Assembly (NCBI GenBank): GCA_947302975.1
Contig: CAMYXA010000002.1
Location: forward strand, 26,627-90,626
Direction of reading: 5' to 3'
DNA: 64,000 bases
Source of the DNA: an uncultured Candidatus Saccharibacteria bacterium
GTDB lineage: Bacteria; Patescibacteriota; Saccharimonadia; Saccharimonadales; Saccharimonadaceae
Each line of letters begins with the position of its first letter. The stretch's first letter is position 1. The position numbers were made by a program, and so were the translations under genes. The notes under the pieces are model-generated. The model was not told where the DNA came from. It saw only the letters and a program-made list of their open reading frames with translations, and searched no databases. Below, one piece after another: positions 47,465-56,607 of this stretch.

Positions 47465-48373
47465 ATGAAAAAACATCTTATTTACAGTGCGATTGTATTA
47501 GTTGCCGCTATTTTTAGCTTTGGTCTTATTAGCAACACATATGCCGATGACAAACCAACCGTCACTATTTCTATTTCTCCAACTCGCGAATCCGCCGATT
47601 TGAAGCCAGGCGATAGCTTCACAGGTTCTTTCCGCGTCGCCTCCATCGGAACCGCCGCTTTCGACTACGCCATCTCTGCCAAGCCATTCACTGTCACAGA
47701 TCGCAATTATTCCTTCAATTACGGAGAATCAAACGAATTTACCAACACCGAAGATTGGGTGATCTTCGATAGTATCAGTGGTCACCTCGAGCCAAACTCC
47801 GTTGACCGCATCTATTACACCATCCATGTTCCACATGACGCTACCCCTGGCGGACACTACATTGCGCTCCTTGCTTCAACTAAAGGCGGCGAAGATGCCA
47901 TGATTAACGTTGAATCGAGTGTCGCTCTCATCGTCTACCTCACCGTCGAAGGCGAAATCAACCGCTCTGGCGATATTATCGAAAATAATATCCCTCAATT
48001 CTATCTAACTGGCCCAATTCATGTCGACTCTCTCGTAAAGAACACCGGCAACATCCATGGCGAAGCCACTTACGAAATCGAAATCCGCAACTTCTTCACC
48101 GATGAAGTTGCCTATACCAACGTAGAAAATCCAAGCACCTCCATCATCCTTCCAAAAACCGAACGTTTCTCGACCAGTAACTGGGATGGGACTCCAGCCC
48201 TTGGTATCTTCAAGGTTCGCCAAACCATCAGATTCCTCGACAAAGTCTCAACTGAAGAAAAAATCGTGATCATCTGCCCACTCTGGCTTATCTTCGTTAT
48301 CGTCTTCGTTATCGCCCTCCTCATTGTCCGCGCTTTCTCCCATAAGAAAAGCCAAGACAAAGTCTCAGCATAA
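47465..48373 (+). CDS. DUF916/DUF3324-like (WxL-interacting, CscA-like) protein with C-terminal TM
   Basis: Signal peptide; LKPG...V, TIHVP..A.PGGHY, VKNTGNIH motifs; C-terminal TM plus basic tail. Confidence 0.6.
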   Translation: MKKHLIYSAIVLVAAIFSFGLISNTYADDKPTVTISISPTRESADLKPGDSFTGSFRVASIGTAAFDYAISAKPFTVTDRNYSFNYGESNEFTNTEDWVIFDSISGHLEPNSVDRIYYTIHVPHDATPGGHYIALLASTKGGEDAMINVESSVALIVYLTVEGEINRSGDIIENNIPQFYLTGPIHVDSLVKNTGNIHGEATYEIEIRNFFTDEVAYTNVENPSTSIILPKTERFSTSNWDGTPALGIFKVRQTIRFLDKVSTEEKIVIICPLWLIFVIVFVIALLIVRAFSHKKSQDKVSA

Positions 48374-48514
48374 ACCCACCTAGAAACTACATAAAAAAAT
48401 AAGCTTGACAATTTTCAATTTTTAGCTATACTATTAGTTAGGAATATATTTGGTATGTTGCGAGCATACCGAAGAAAGCCAAAATAAAAACATAAAATTT
48501 AAAGAGTGTAGAGT

Positions 48515-49447
48515 ATGAAAAGACAAAGAAAGAATTTTGTCGGAATCATAGGATTGTTCGCTGTTGCCGCGATGACGGCGTTTGCGTACAATATTCCGAT
48601 CCCTAGCGTCAACGCAGAACCTGCGACCGCTACCACGACAATAACAGTAAATGTCGTCAATGAACGCATCCCAACGATGACTATCGTTGATCCTTCTGAT
48701 GGCGACGTTGTAACCGACCCAGCAGTCGACGTGCGTTTCACGTTCACGAACGCTGAATCCTTTGTCTTCCATATTAAGAACAATCGAACTGGCGTCACAA
48801 CCGATATCAACGAGCCACTCGATCCATCAATCGATCCAGCAGTCGGCTCCGGAACCCAAGTTAAAGCATTGAACCTCGAAGACTACGGCACCTACGGCGA
48901 CAGCTTCACTATTACAGTATCATCAGTTGGCGCTTCTAGCTTTGCCGAAGACTCAGTCACGATCAGCCTAAAAAGCATCAAGATTAGACCAGTCGACCCA
49001 GACGATCCAAACAACCCAGAAGATGATCCAGTTATTGAGATCACCGAAAAGATGCCAGGCGTCTGCTCTGTCAGCGTCCAGGTCTACCAACTCCCAGCAG
49101 GGAATCCACTCTTTGATCCAGCTATCGTCCAGAACGTAGAGTCGCTCACAGCCAAAATTGTTCTACCATTCGACGATGCTCTTGCTGAATCCGGCCAATA
49201 TCGTGTCGAGGTCACCCCACTATCCTGTACTGACCCAACCGACCCTGATGACGAACCACAGCCGGTCGGAACCCCAGAATCAATTATCATCGACTACACT
49301 AAACCAGAAACTCCAGTCGTACCGAATACTGGTCTCATGTTCGCTGGACTTAACATCTCGCAATCAGATTACATTATCACGGGTCTCGTCATCTTCTTCA
49401 TACTCAGCGGTGGCGTACTCATCTACCTCAAGAAATCTCGTCGCTAG
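48515..49447 (+). CDS. Surface protein with sortase-type sorting signal (VPNTG-TM-KKSRR)
   Basis: Signal peptide, Ig-like strands, DPDDP repeats, VPNTG followed by a hydrophobic segment and basic tail. Confidence 0.7.
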   Translation: MKRQRKNFVGIIGLFAVAAMTAFAYNIPIPSVNAEPATATTTITVNVVNERIPTMTIVDPSDGDVVTDPAVDVRFTFTNAESFVFHIKNNRTGVTTDINEPLDPSIDPAVGSGTQVKALNLEDYGTYGDSFTITVSSVGASSFAEDSVTISLKSIKIRPVDPDDPNNPEDDPVIEITEKMPGVCSVSVQVYQLPAGNPLFDPAIVQNVESLTAKIVLPFDDALAESGQYRVEVTPLSCTDPTDPDDEPQPVGTPESIIIDYTKPETPVVPNTGLMFAGLNISQSDYIITGLVIFFILSGGVLIYLKKSRR

Positions 49448-49471
49448 TCCGAATTAGGAAAACCGACCAAT

Positions 49472-49508
49472 AAAATAGGCGCTCAAAAACTGCGAGGGCG
49501 CCTATTTT
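49472..49508. terminator. Intrinsic terminator
   Basis: AAAATAGGCGC...GCGCCTATTTT. Confidence 0.75.
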
Positions 49509-49546
49509 GGTTGCGACTTAAGTTGCGAGCCCAAAACTCAGGCAAC

Positions 49547-49575
49547 AAAAAACCAGCCGCTTTGGGCTGGTTTTT
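49547..49575. terminator. Intrinsic terminator of rpmE
   Basis: AAAAAACCAGCC...GGCTGGTTTTT, 2 nt beyond the rpmE stop. Confidence 0.8.
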
Positions 49576-49576
49576 A

Positions 49577-49909
49577 TTATTTCTCGTTTGCCTTAGCTTT
49601 TTTATCAGCTTCTTTGGCTTGCTTCTTAGCTTTATTGCTGAGGGCAGCTTTCATAGCGGCAGCTCTCTCGGCACGAGCCTTAAAGCGATCAACACGACCT
49701 TCAGTATCGATGATCTTTTCTTCACCGGTAAAGAATGGGTGTGAAGCAGAAGAGATTTGAACCTTAACAAGAGGATATTCCTTGCCATCAGTCCATTTGA
49801 TGGTCTCTTCGCTTTTTGCCGTTGATTTTGTCAAAAATGAAAATTTTGCAGTCTCATCTGAAAAAACAACGTCGCGATATTCTTTAGGATGTAGTTCTTT
49901 TTTACTCAT
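49577..49909 (-). CDS. rpmE: 50S ribosomal protein L31, type B (no Zn cysteines)
   Basis: [35 protein letters not shown] motifs. Confidence 0.95.
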   Translation of the reverse strand: MSKKELHPKEYRDVVFSDETAKFSFLTKSTAKSEETIKWTDGKEYPLVKVQISSASHPFFTGEEKIIDTEGRVDRFKARAERAAAMKAALSNKAKKQAKEADKKAKANEK

Positions 49910-50007
49910 AACTGCCGACCATTATATCAGATAATAATTTTTTTGTAAACACAAAATCTTGAGACAAAATTGTTGCCAATCTCGAAATAAGGTGTTATAA
50001 TAGCCGA

Positions 50008-50096
50008 GTAATAAATTTTAATGAATCACCTCTGGGAGGTTTCCTGTCTGCAAAATGCAGATTAAAATACCCAGAGCGAAGGAAAGGAAATCATAT
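50008..50096 (+). promoter_or_regulatory. Structured rpsB 5' leader (probable S2 autoregulatory element)
   Basis: Promoter TTGCCA-17-TATAAT (49973-50001); stems CTCTGGG/CCCAGAG (50030-36/50070-76) and TCTGCA/TGCAGA (50047-52/50056-61). Confidence 0.5.
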
Positions 50097-50783
50097 ATGA
50101 CCGTAGCTGTCGATATGAAAGCACTCTTAGAAAGTGGTGCACATTTTGGTCACAAGACCAGCCGCTGGCATCCAAAAATGGCTCCTTACATTCACAGTAA
50201 GCGCCAGGAAGCCCACATTATCAACCTTGAAAAGACTGTCGAAAGCCTCGAAGCTGCTCTTCCAAAGATCACCGAGATCGTTAAGGGCGGCAAGAAGGTT
50301 CTCTTCGTTGGTACCAAGAAACAGATGAAAGAGCTCGTTAAGAGCGCTGCTGAATCTGTTGACATGCCATACGTTACCGTCCGTTGGGTCGGTGGTACTC
50401 TTACCAACGTTGACACCGTCAACCGCCAAATCAAAAAGGTCAAAGATCTTGAACGCCGCATGGCTTCTGGCGAACTTGAAAATCGCTATTCAAAGCTTGA
50501 AGTTCAACGCTTCCAAGAAGAAATCGACACCCTTAATGAGCGCTACGGCGGCATCAAGGATATGAGCGAGCAACCAGCCGCTATCATCGTTGTTGACGCG
50601 ATCGAAGACAAGAACGCTATCAAAGAAGCAAATAATCTTCACATCCCAGTTTTTGCTATCACCGACACTAACGTCGATCCAACCAACATCGACTATGTCA
50701 TTCCAGCAAACGATGACTCATTGAAGGCAACCACCCTTATTCTTAATTACTTCGTTGAAGCAATCAAAGAAGGTAAAAAATAA
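50097..50783 (+). CDS. rpsB: 30S ribosomal protein S2
   Basis: LLESGAHFGH..RWHPKM, VGTK, RWVGGTLTN, DTNVDP, PANDD; start reassigned to 50097. Confidence 0.98.
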   Translation: MTVAVDMKALLESGAHFGHKTSRWHPKMAPYIHSKRQEAHIINLEKTVESLEAALPKITEIVKGGKKVLFVGTKKQMKELVKSAAESVDMPYVTVRWVGGTLTNVDTVNRQIKKVKDLERRMASGELENRYSKLEVQRFQEEIDTLNERYGGIKDMSEQPAAIIVVDAIEDKNAIKEANNLHIPVFAITDTNVDPTNIDYVIPANDDSLKATTLILNYFVEAIKEGKK

Positions 50784-50795
50784 TTAGGAGGCAAA

Positions 50796-51386
50796 ATGGC
50801 AGAAATTTCCATTGAACAAATCAAAAAACTCAAAGAGCTCTCTGGCGTTGGTTTGACCGATGCCAAAAAAGCTCTTGTCGAAGCCGACGGCGATTTCGAC
50901 AAAGCTCTTGATGCTATGCGCAAAAAGGGTCTCACCAAAGCTGAAAAACGTGGTGACCGTGAAACTCGCGAAGGTCTTATCGATTCTTACATCCACGACG
51001 GCCGCCTCGGTGCCATCGTCGAAGTAAACTGTGAAACTTCTTTCGTTGCCAAAACCGACGAATTCAAAACTTTGGCTCACCAAATCGCCATGCAAGTTGC
51101 TTCCATGAATCCACTTTATGTCTCTGAAGAAGACATCCCAGAAGACGTCAAAGCCGCCAAGATGAAAGAACTTGAAGAAAACTTCAAGGGTCCTGAAAAC
51201 ATGAAAGAGCAAATTCTTGCTGGTCAAGCCAAGAAAGCATTTGCCGACAAGGTCCTCATGAACCAACCATTCATTTTGGACGACACCAAGACAGTTGAAC
51301 AATTCATCAAAGAAGCTATTGCAAAGACTGGTGAAAACATCACTATTCGCCAATTCAAGCGCATCGAGCTCGGTGTCACTGAATAG
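50796..51386 (+). CDS. tsf: Elongation factor Ts (short form)
   Basis: IKKLKELSGVGLTDAKKAL, EVNCETSFVA motifs. Confidence 0.97.
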   Translation: MAEISIEQIKKLKELSGVGLTDAKKALVEADGDFDKALDAMRKKGLTKAEKRGDRETREGLIDSYIHDGRLGAIVEVNCETSFVAKTDEFKTLAHQIAMQVASMNPLYVSEEDIPEDVKAAKMKELEENFKGPENMKEQILAGQAKKAFADKVLMNQPFILDDTKTVEQFIKEAIAKTGENITIRQFKRIELGVTE

Positions 51387-51397
51387 TTGATTTTACT

Positions 51398-51588
51398 CGT
51401 AAAGCTCTAGGAAAGTATTGAATAATTGACTTAGACTTTTGTAAAAACTACAACTATACACGAAGTTCATAAAACAAAATTGAAACCTCCCTACGGGGAG
51501 GTTTCTTGTTTTATTCACTCGGTATAGCTGTATTTTTTACAATGTCTAAATCTATAAATATTATTCAATACTTTCCCAGAACTCTACG
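51398..51588. repeat. 191-bp imperfect palindrome (long hairpin)
   Basis: Arms 51398-51491 and 51496-51588 around loop TACG; outer 29 bp match at 26 positions. Confidence 0.85.
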
Positions 51589-51780
51589 GAAATAATTAAC
51601 TCTGTGCAGTGGGGGGTTGATTTTTCTTTTTAAACCCCTAGAATGTCTGTGGGTTGGAGAAATTTTATTTTGCGACTAAATATAGATCCCCGAACTCCAG
51701 GGGGATTTATTCGCGGCAATTCTAGATAGCTAGGCTAAACCCCCTAAATTGTACCTAGAAAAACAAAAAAGGAGGTTTAA

Positions 51781-51858
51781 ATGATAGTATTGGAAATCCA
51801 TTTCAAACTTACATTACGGCCTAAAATAAAAAAGATTACTCTCCAAACAGAAGAGTAA
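51781..51858 (+). CDS. 25-aa peptide MIVLEIHFKLTLRPKIKKITLQTEE; candidate type I toxin
   Basis: Not in the ORF track; SD AAAGGAGGTTTAA-ATG; upstream promoter TTGATT-16-TAGAAT (51617-51644); anti-SD at 51736-51745. Confidence 0.45.
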   Translation: MIVLEIHFKLTLRPKIKKITLQTEE

Positions 51859-51896
51859 TCAACCAAACCCAGATAGGTTTCTAGAGCCTATCATTA
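51828..51896 (-). ncRNA. Candidate ~70-nt antisense RNA overlapping the 3' end of the peptide ORF
   Basis: Minus-strand TGGTATAAT at 51903-51911; terminator stem 51834-42/51852-60 followed by a U6 tract. Confidence 0.45.
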
Positions 51897-52015
51897 ATGA
51901 TAATTATACCATAACTAAAATATAGCAACACATCAAATAGTAGCCAATTATTCAATACATTCCAAATATCCCTCAATATCATGTTATAATATACCTTATA
52001 ACAATAGGAGTTATA

Positions 52016-52561
52016 ATGTTTGACACAAGTGAAGATCGTAAAAAAATGGAAGCCGTCATTGAACGTTTCAAAGACGAAATGAAAAAGGTTCGCACCGGAC
52101 GTGCTCACCCAGATATGCTTTCAATGATCAAGGTTGAAGCTTACGGTCAGTTTATGCCTCTAAATCAGGTTGCCAACGTGACTGCAGCTGATGCAACTAT
52201 GCTTGTAATCACCCCATTTGATCCAGCCAATATTCAGGCCATTTCAAGCGCCATCCGCGCCGATCAAACTCTCGGACTCAATCCAGCCGACGATGGTCGC
52301 ATTGTTCGTGTGCCAATCCCAGCTTTAACTGAGGAACGCCGCAAGGAAATCGTAAAAAACGCATCCGAAAAAGTTGAAAATGCTAAGGTCGCCATCAGGA
52401 ACATCCGCGAAGATGCTAGAAAAGCCATCAAAGCCGCAACTGATCTTTCTGAAGACGTCAAAAAACGTGCCGAGAAGGATATTGATGATCTCACCAAGGA
52501 ATTCAGCGACAAAGTCGATACTGAGTTCAAGACAAAGTCAGACGAGATAATGAAAATTTAA
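52016..52561 (+). CDS. frr: Ribosome recycling factor
   Basis: KVRTGRAHP, YGQFMPLNQVANV, PALTEERRKE, AKVAIRNIR motifs. Confidence 0.97.
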   Translation: MFDTSEDRKKMEAVIERFKDEMKKVRTGRAHPDMLSMIKVEAYGQFMPLNQVANVTAADATMLVITPFDPANIQAISSAIRADQTLGLNPADDGRIVRVPIPALTEERRKEIVKNASEKVENAKVAIRNIREDARKAIKAATDLSEDVKKRAEKDIDDLTKEFSDKVDTEFKTKSDEIMKI

Positions 52562-52562
52562 T

Positions 52563-53240
52563 ATGGAAGAAACTCTACACTTAGGCTTTATTGTTGATGG
52601 TAACCGTAGGTGGGCAAGAGAGCGCAATCTCCCAACCCTTCAGGGCCATAAAAAAGGCCTCGACAAGGTCGAAACCGTTATCGACGCCCTTACCCAGCAT
52701 CCAGAAGTAAAATATTCTAGCTTCTATCTTTTTAGTACCGAAAACTGGAATCGCACCAAAGAAGAAGTCGATTACCTCATGGACCTTTTGGTCTCTAAGA
52801 TCGGCGGCCTCGCCAAAAAGATGAAAAAGAACAATGTTCGCTGTATCATTCTTGGTTCAAAAGATCGTCTTTCTGAAAAAGTTTTGAATGCCCTAAGAAA
52901 TGCCGAAGAAATCACCAAAGAATGCACCGGCATGATGGCATGCTTCTGCTTCAACTACGGCGGCAAACTCGAAATCTCCGATGCCGTAAATAAACTCATC
53001 GAAAAAGGTGAGTCAGTCACTCCAGAATCAATCGAAGCAAATCTCTATCATCCAGAAGTTCCGGCTTGCGACATGATCGTCCGCACCAGTGGAGAAGAGC
53101 GCATCTCTGGCTTCATGCTTTGGCGCGCCGCATACTCTGAATTCTTGTTCCTCAAAAAGTTTTGGCCAGACATGGAAGCATCCGACGTTGACGCCATACT
53201 TGAAGAATACAAAAGTCGCGGCCGTCGCTTCGGCAAATAA
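52563..53240 (+). CDS. uppS: Undecaprenyl diphosphate synthase
   Basis: HLGFIVDGNRRWA, FSTENWNR, FNYGG, IVRTSGEERISGF motifs. Confidence 0.96.
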   Translation: MEETLHLGFIVDGNRRWARERNLPTLQGHKKGLDKVETVIDALTQHPEVKYSSFYLFSTENWNRTKEEVDYLMDLLVSKIGGLAKKMKKNNVRCIILGSKDRLSEKVLNALRNAEEITKECTGMMACFCFNYGGKLEISDAVNKLIEKGESVTPESIEANLYHPEVPACDMIVRTSGEERISGFMLWRAAYSEFLFLKKFWPDMEASDVDAILEEYKSRGRRFGK

Positions 53241-53255
53241 TGATATAATAAGCTC

Positions 53256-54521
53256 ATGGATATATTTGTTGGAGTTATTGTTGGTCTATTAGTTTTAATG
53301 ACCCTTGTTACATTGCATGAGCTTGGTCATTTTATTGCCGCAAGAAGAAACGGCGTTAGAGTTCTCGAATTCGGAATCGGCTTCCCGCCGCGCGCTATCG
53401 CCTGGGTCAAAGATCCCAAAACTAAAAAATGGACCCGTCTCAAAAAGTCTGAATGGGACAAACCTCAAAAAGGTTTGATTTTTAGTTTCAACTGGCTTCC
53501 AATTGGCGGTTTCTGTCAGATGGACGGAGAATCTGCAAACGACATCAGAAAGGGAACTTTCGGCAACGCTCGCTTCTGGGCCAAAACCAAAATCCTCTTT
53601 GCCGGCGTCGCCATGAACTGGCTCACTGCCTTTATTATTTTGCTCGTTCTCTCTCTAACCGGACTTCCGAAAATGATCCCAAACCAATTCTCGGTTCAAA
53701 GTGACGAATCCGTCTTCAACCGTTCCCACGTGACCGTGACTGAAGTTTTGGACGATTCTCCAGCCAAAGCTGCCGGGTTCGAAAAGAATGACGTCATTGT
53801 TGCCGTAGCTGGCGAAGAAGTCTTTGCCTCGTCTGACGTTTCGAAGATTAATTCCGCCCACGTCGGCGAAGAAGTCGTATACACTGTTTCTCGCGCTTCT
53901 AATTGCGAATTAAAAACCCCAGAAGAAACCCCAGCCGACGGCGAAGCGAATTGCGAAAACAAAGAAGAAGAACTTCTTCTAACTGCCAAGCTCAATAACT
54001 CTGACGCAGAATATTTGCTCGGCATCACCATGTCCTCATCGCAAGAGCTCTATCGCTACACTTGGTCTGCACCAGTCGTAGCCGCCGGACTCACCGTCCA
54101 GCTCACTGGCGAAACCTTAAAAGGTGTTGGCGAACTCATCGGTAACCTCGTTTCTGGAGCCTTCAAACAGCTCAACCCAGACGATAACACCCGCGCCGAA
54201 GGCCGTGCCGCTCTAGAATCCGCCGGAGAATCCGTTTCTGGTCCAGTCGGCATCATCGGTGTCATTTTCCCAGCATTCACATCAGCCGGCGTCACCAACG
54301 TCGCCTACCTCGCCGCACTCATCTCCGTCTCCCTCGCCTGCATGAACGTTCTTCCAATCCCAGCCCTCGACGGCGGCCGCTGGCTCCTCATCGCTATTTT
54401 CAAACTCCGCAAAAAAGAACTCTCAAAAGAACTCGAAGAAAAGATCGTCTCACGCGCCTTCCTAGTTTTACTCATCTTAATCGCCCTCATCACTATTCTT
54501 GATATAACGAGATTCTTCTAA
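53256..54521 (+). CDS. rseP: Site-2 (M50) protease with PDZ domain
   Basis: HELGH, PIGGF, PDZ 'DSPAKAAG', NVLPIPALDGG motifs. Confidence 0.93.
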   Translation: MDIFVGVIVGLLVLMTLVTLHELGHFIAARRNGVRVLEFGIGFPPRAIAWVKDPKTKKWTRLKKSEWDKPQKGLIFSFNWLPIGGFCQMDGESANDIRKGTFGNARFWAKTKILFAGVAMNWLTAFIILLVLSLTGLPKMIPNQFSVQSDESVFNRSHVTVTEVLDDSPAKAAGFEKNDVIVAVAGEEVFASSDVSKINSAHVGEEVVYTVSRASNCELKTPEETPADGEANCENKEEELLLTAKLNNSDAEYLLGITMSSSQELYRYTWSAPVVAAGLTVQLTGETLKGVGELIGNLVSGAFKQLNPDDNTRAEGRAALESAGESVSGPVGIIGVIFPAFTSAGVTNVAYLAALISVSLACMNVLPIPALDGGRWLLIAIFKLRKKELSKELEEKIVSRAFLVLLILIALITILDITRFF

Positions 54522-55258
54522 TGATAAATAAGAAGCCCGCCAACAAGAAACCAACCGACAAGAAAAAAGTCGCCATCACCTGCCTTGCTTTGTCCGCCTG
54601 GACGATGGCCGTCGTATTTGGAACTCAGTTTTTGGTCGCTTATCCAATGCACTGGATTCTTGGTAACGACTTAAACACACCAGTCTGGTCCGCAATCTAC
54701 ACCGCGCTAGTTTATTTATTATCACTCATCCTTATCGCTATTTTGCCATGGAAGCTTTTCAAGAAATGGAAAACTAACAGGGAAGAGCTAGGTTTGTCTG
54801 GACTTCCAACCTGGACCGATATCGGTCTAGCGCCAATCGGCTACGCCGTCTCAATTCTTTTGGCCTACGTCCTCACCGCCGCCTTCTCGATTTTCCCATG
54901 GTTCAATGCCGCCGAAGCCCAAAACGTTGGCTTTAACAATATCGCCACCGGCTTAGACCGCGTCGTCGCGTTCATCGCGCTCGCCGTCGTGGCCCCAATC
55001 GCTGAAGAACTCATCTTTCGCGGCTGGCTCTACGGAAAACTCCGCGCCCATGTCAACATGGTTATCTCCATTATTATCGTCTCACTCCTCTTTGCCATTG
55101 CGCACTTACAGTGGAACGTCGGCGTGACCGTCTTTGCTATGTCCGTCGTAAACTGTCTACTTCGCGAGATCACCGGCACTATCTATTCCGGCACCATTCT
55201 CCACATCATCCGAAATGCCATAGCATTCTACGCCGTCTTCATCCTCGGCATCGCCTAG
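54521..55258 (+). CDS. CPBP (CAAX/Abi) intramembrane metalloprotease
   Basis: PIAEELIFRG, FAIAH, HIIRN motifs. Confidence 0.88.
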   Translation: MINKKPANKKPTDKKKVAITCLALSAWTMAVVFGTQFLVAYPMHWILGNDLNTPVWSAIYTALVYLLSLILIAILPWKLFKKWKTNREELGLSGLPTWTDIGLAPIGYAVSILLAYVLTAAFSIFPWFNAAEAQNVGFNNIATGLDRVVAFIALAVVAPIAEELIFRGWLYGKLRAHVNMVISIIIVSLLFAIAHLQWNVGVTVFAMSVVNCLLREITGTIYSGTILHIIRNAIAFYAVFILGIA

Positions 55259-55314
55259 TCTTTTTCTCTGGTTAGTCACCAAATAACCTGTAAATATGTT
55301 ATAATAATCTCATT

Positions 55315-56544
55315 ATGAGACTATCGAATTCTTTCATTAAAACCCTTCGTGATGCGCCAAAAGACGAAACCGCAAAGAGTGCTGGTTTTCTAATTCGCGC
55401 TGGTTATATTTACAAAGAAATGGCTGGAGTCTATGATTATCTTCCTCTTGGCCTAAAAGTTATCGAAAACATCAAAGGCATTGTCCGCGACGAGCTCAAC
55501 AAAATCGGCGGCCAAGAAGTCTTAATGGCTGCCCTCCAAAATCCAGAACTCTGGAAGAAAACCGATCGTTGGGACGATCAAAAAGTAGATATTTGGTTCA
55601 AAACCGAGCTTTCCGCCGGTGGGGAATTAGGTCTCGCCCCAACCCACGAAGAGCCGATCACCAACATGCTAAAGACCTACGTCAAAAGCTACAAAGATTT
55701 GCCGCTTGCCGTTTATCAATTCCAAACCAAATTCAGAAACGAACTTCGCGCCAAATCTGGCATCATGAGAACCCGCGAATTCATCATGAAAGATCTTTAT
55801 AGCTTCCATACTTCCGAAGAGGATTTGGATCGCTACTATCACGAAGTCGAAAATGCCTACGCCCGCATTTATGACCGCCTCGGCCTTGGCGACATTACCT
55901 TCGAAACCTTCGCATCCGGTGGCGTCTTCTCAAAGTATTCTCACGAATACCAAACCTTCATCCCAGTTGGCGAAGACACTGTTTACTATAACAAAGACAA
56001 ATCCGTAGTCTTGAACGAAGAAGTTTTGCAAGACGACGTATTAGAAGACCTTGGCGTCAAACGCGATGAGCTCGAAGAAACTCGTGCCGCCGAAGTTGGA
56101 AACATCTTCAAACTTAAGTTCAAATATTCTGAGCCACTTGGCCTCAAAATCTCCGACGAAAACAACGAAATCAAAACCGTTTATATGGGTTGCTACGGTA
56201 TCGGCATCTCCCGCGTTATGGGCGTGATTGCTGAGAAATTCTGCGACGACAAAGGTCTCGTCTGGCCAGAGAACATCGCTCCGTTTAAGTTTTACCTCGC
56301 TCCAATCGGCGAAAACGGCTCCAAGATTGCCGAAGAGATTTATCTCGGGAACGAAGATAAAATCCTCTTTGATGACCGCGCTCTTCGCCCAGGCGAAAAA
56401 TTCGCCGACGCTGAGCTCATGGGTATCCCATTCCGTGTTGTCATCTCCGACAAAACCCTAGCCGAGAACTCTGTTGAAATCACCAACCGCAAAACCGGCG
56501 AATCAGAACTAGTCTCAATCGAAGAATTCAAAAAGTCTATTTAG
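55315..56544 (+). CDS. proS: Prolyl-tRNA synthetase (short form)
   Basis: LAPTHEE, QTKFRNELR, RTREFIMKD, EVGNIFKL, MGCYGIG motifs. Confidence 0.96.
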   Translation: MRLSNSFIKTLRDAPKDETAKSAGFLIRAGYIYKEMAGVYDYLPLGLKVIENIKGIVRDELNKIGGQEVLMAALQNPELWKKTDRWDDQKVDIWFKTELSAGGELGLAPTHEEPITNMLKTYVKSYKDLPLAVYQFQTKFRNELRAKSGIMRTREFIMKDLYSFHTSEEDLDRYYHEVENAYARIYDRLGLGDITFETFASGGVFSKYSHEYQTFIPVGEDTVYYNKDKSVVLNEEVLQDDVLEDLGVKRDELEETRAAEVGNIFKLKFKYSEPLGLKISDENNEIKTVYMGCYGIGISRVMGVIAEKFCDDKGLVWPENIAPFKFYLAPIGENGSKIAEEIYLGNEDKILFDDRALRPGEKFADAELMGIPFRVVISDKTLAENSVEITNRKTGESELVSIEEFKKSI

Positions 56545-56607
56545 TGTTGACATAACAGATGAATTTTTGTAAACTCATTATGTTATTAAAACGTGGAGAA
56601 TACTGAT

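Noticed and set aside
46690-49577. Genomic island integrated at tRNA-Leu
   Set aside because: I saw no duplicated tRNA 3' end and no integrase; the cluster has core-like codon usage.
51398-51588. 6S RNA identity for the long hairpin
   Set aside because: The size fits, but pairing is nearly continuous with no large central bubble; left as unknown.
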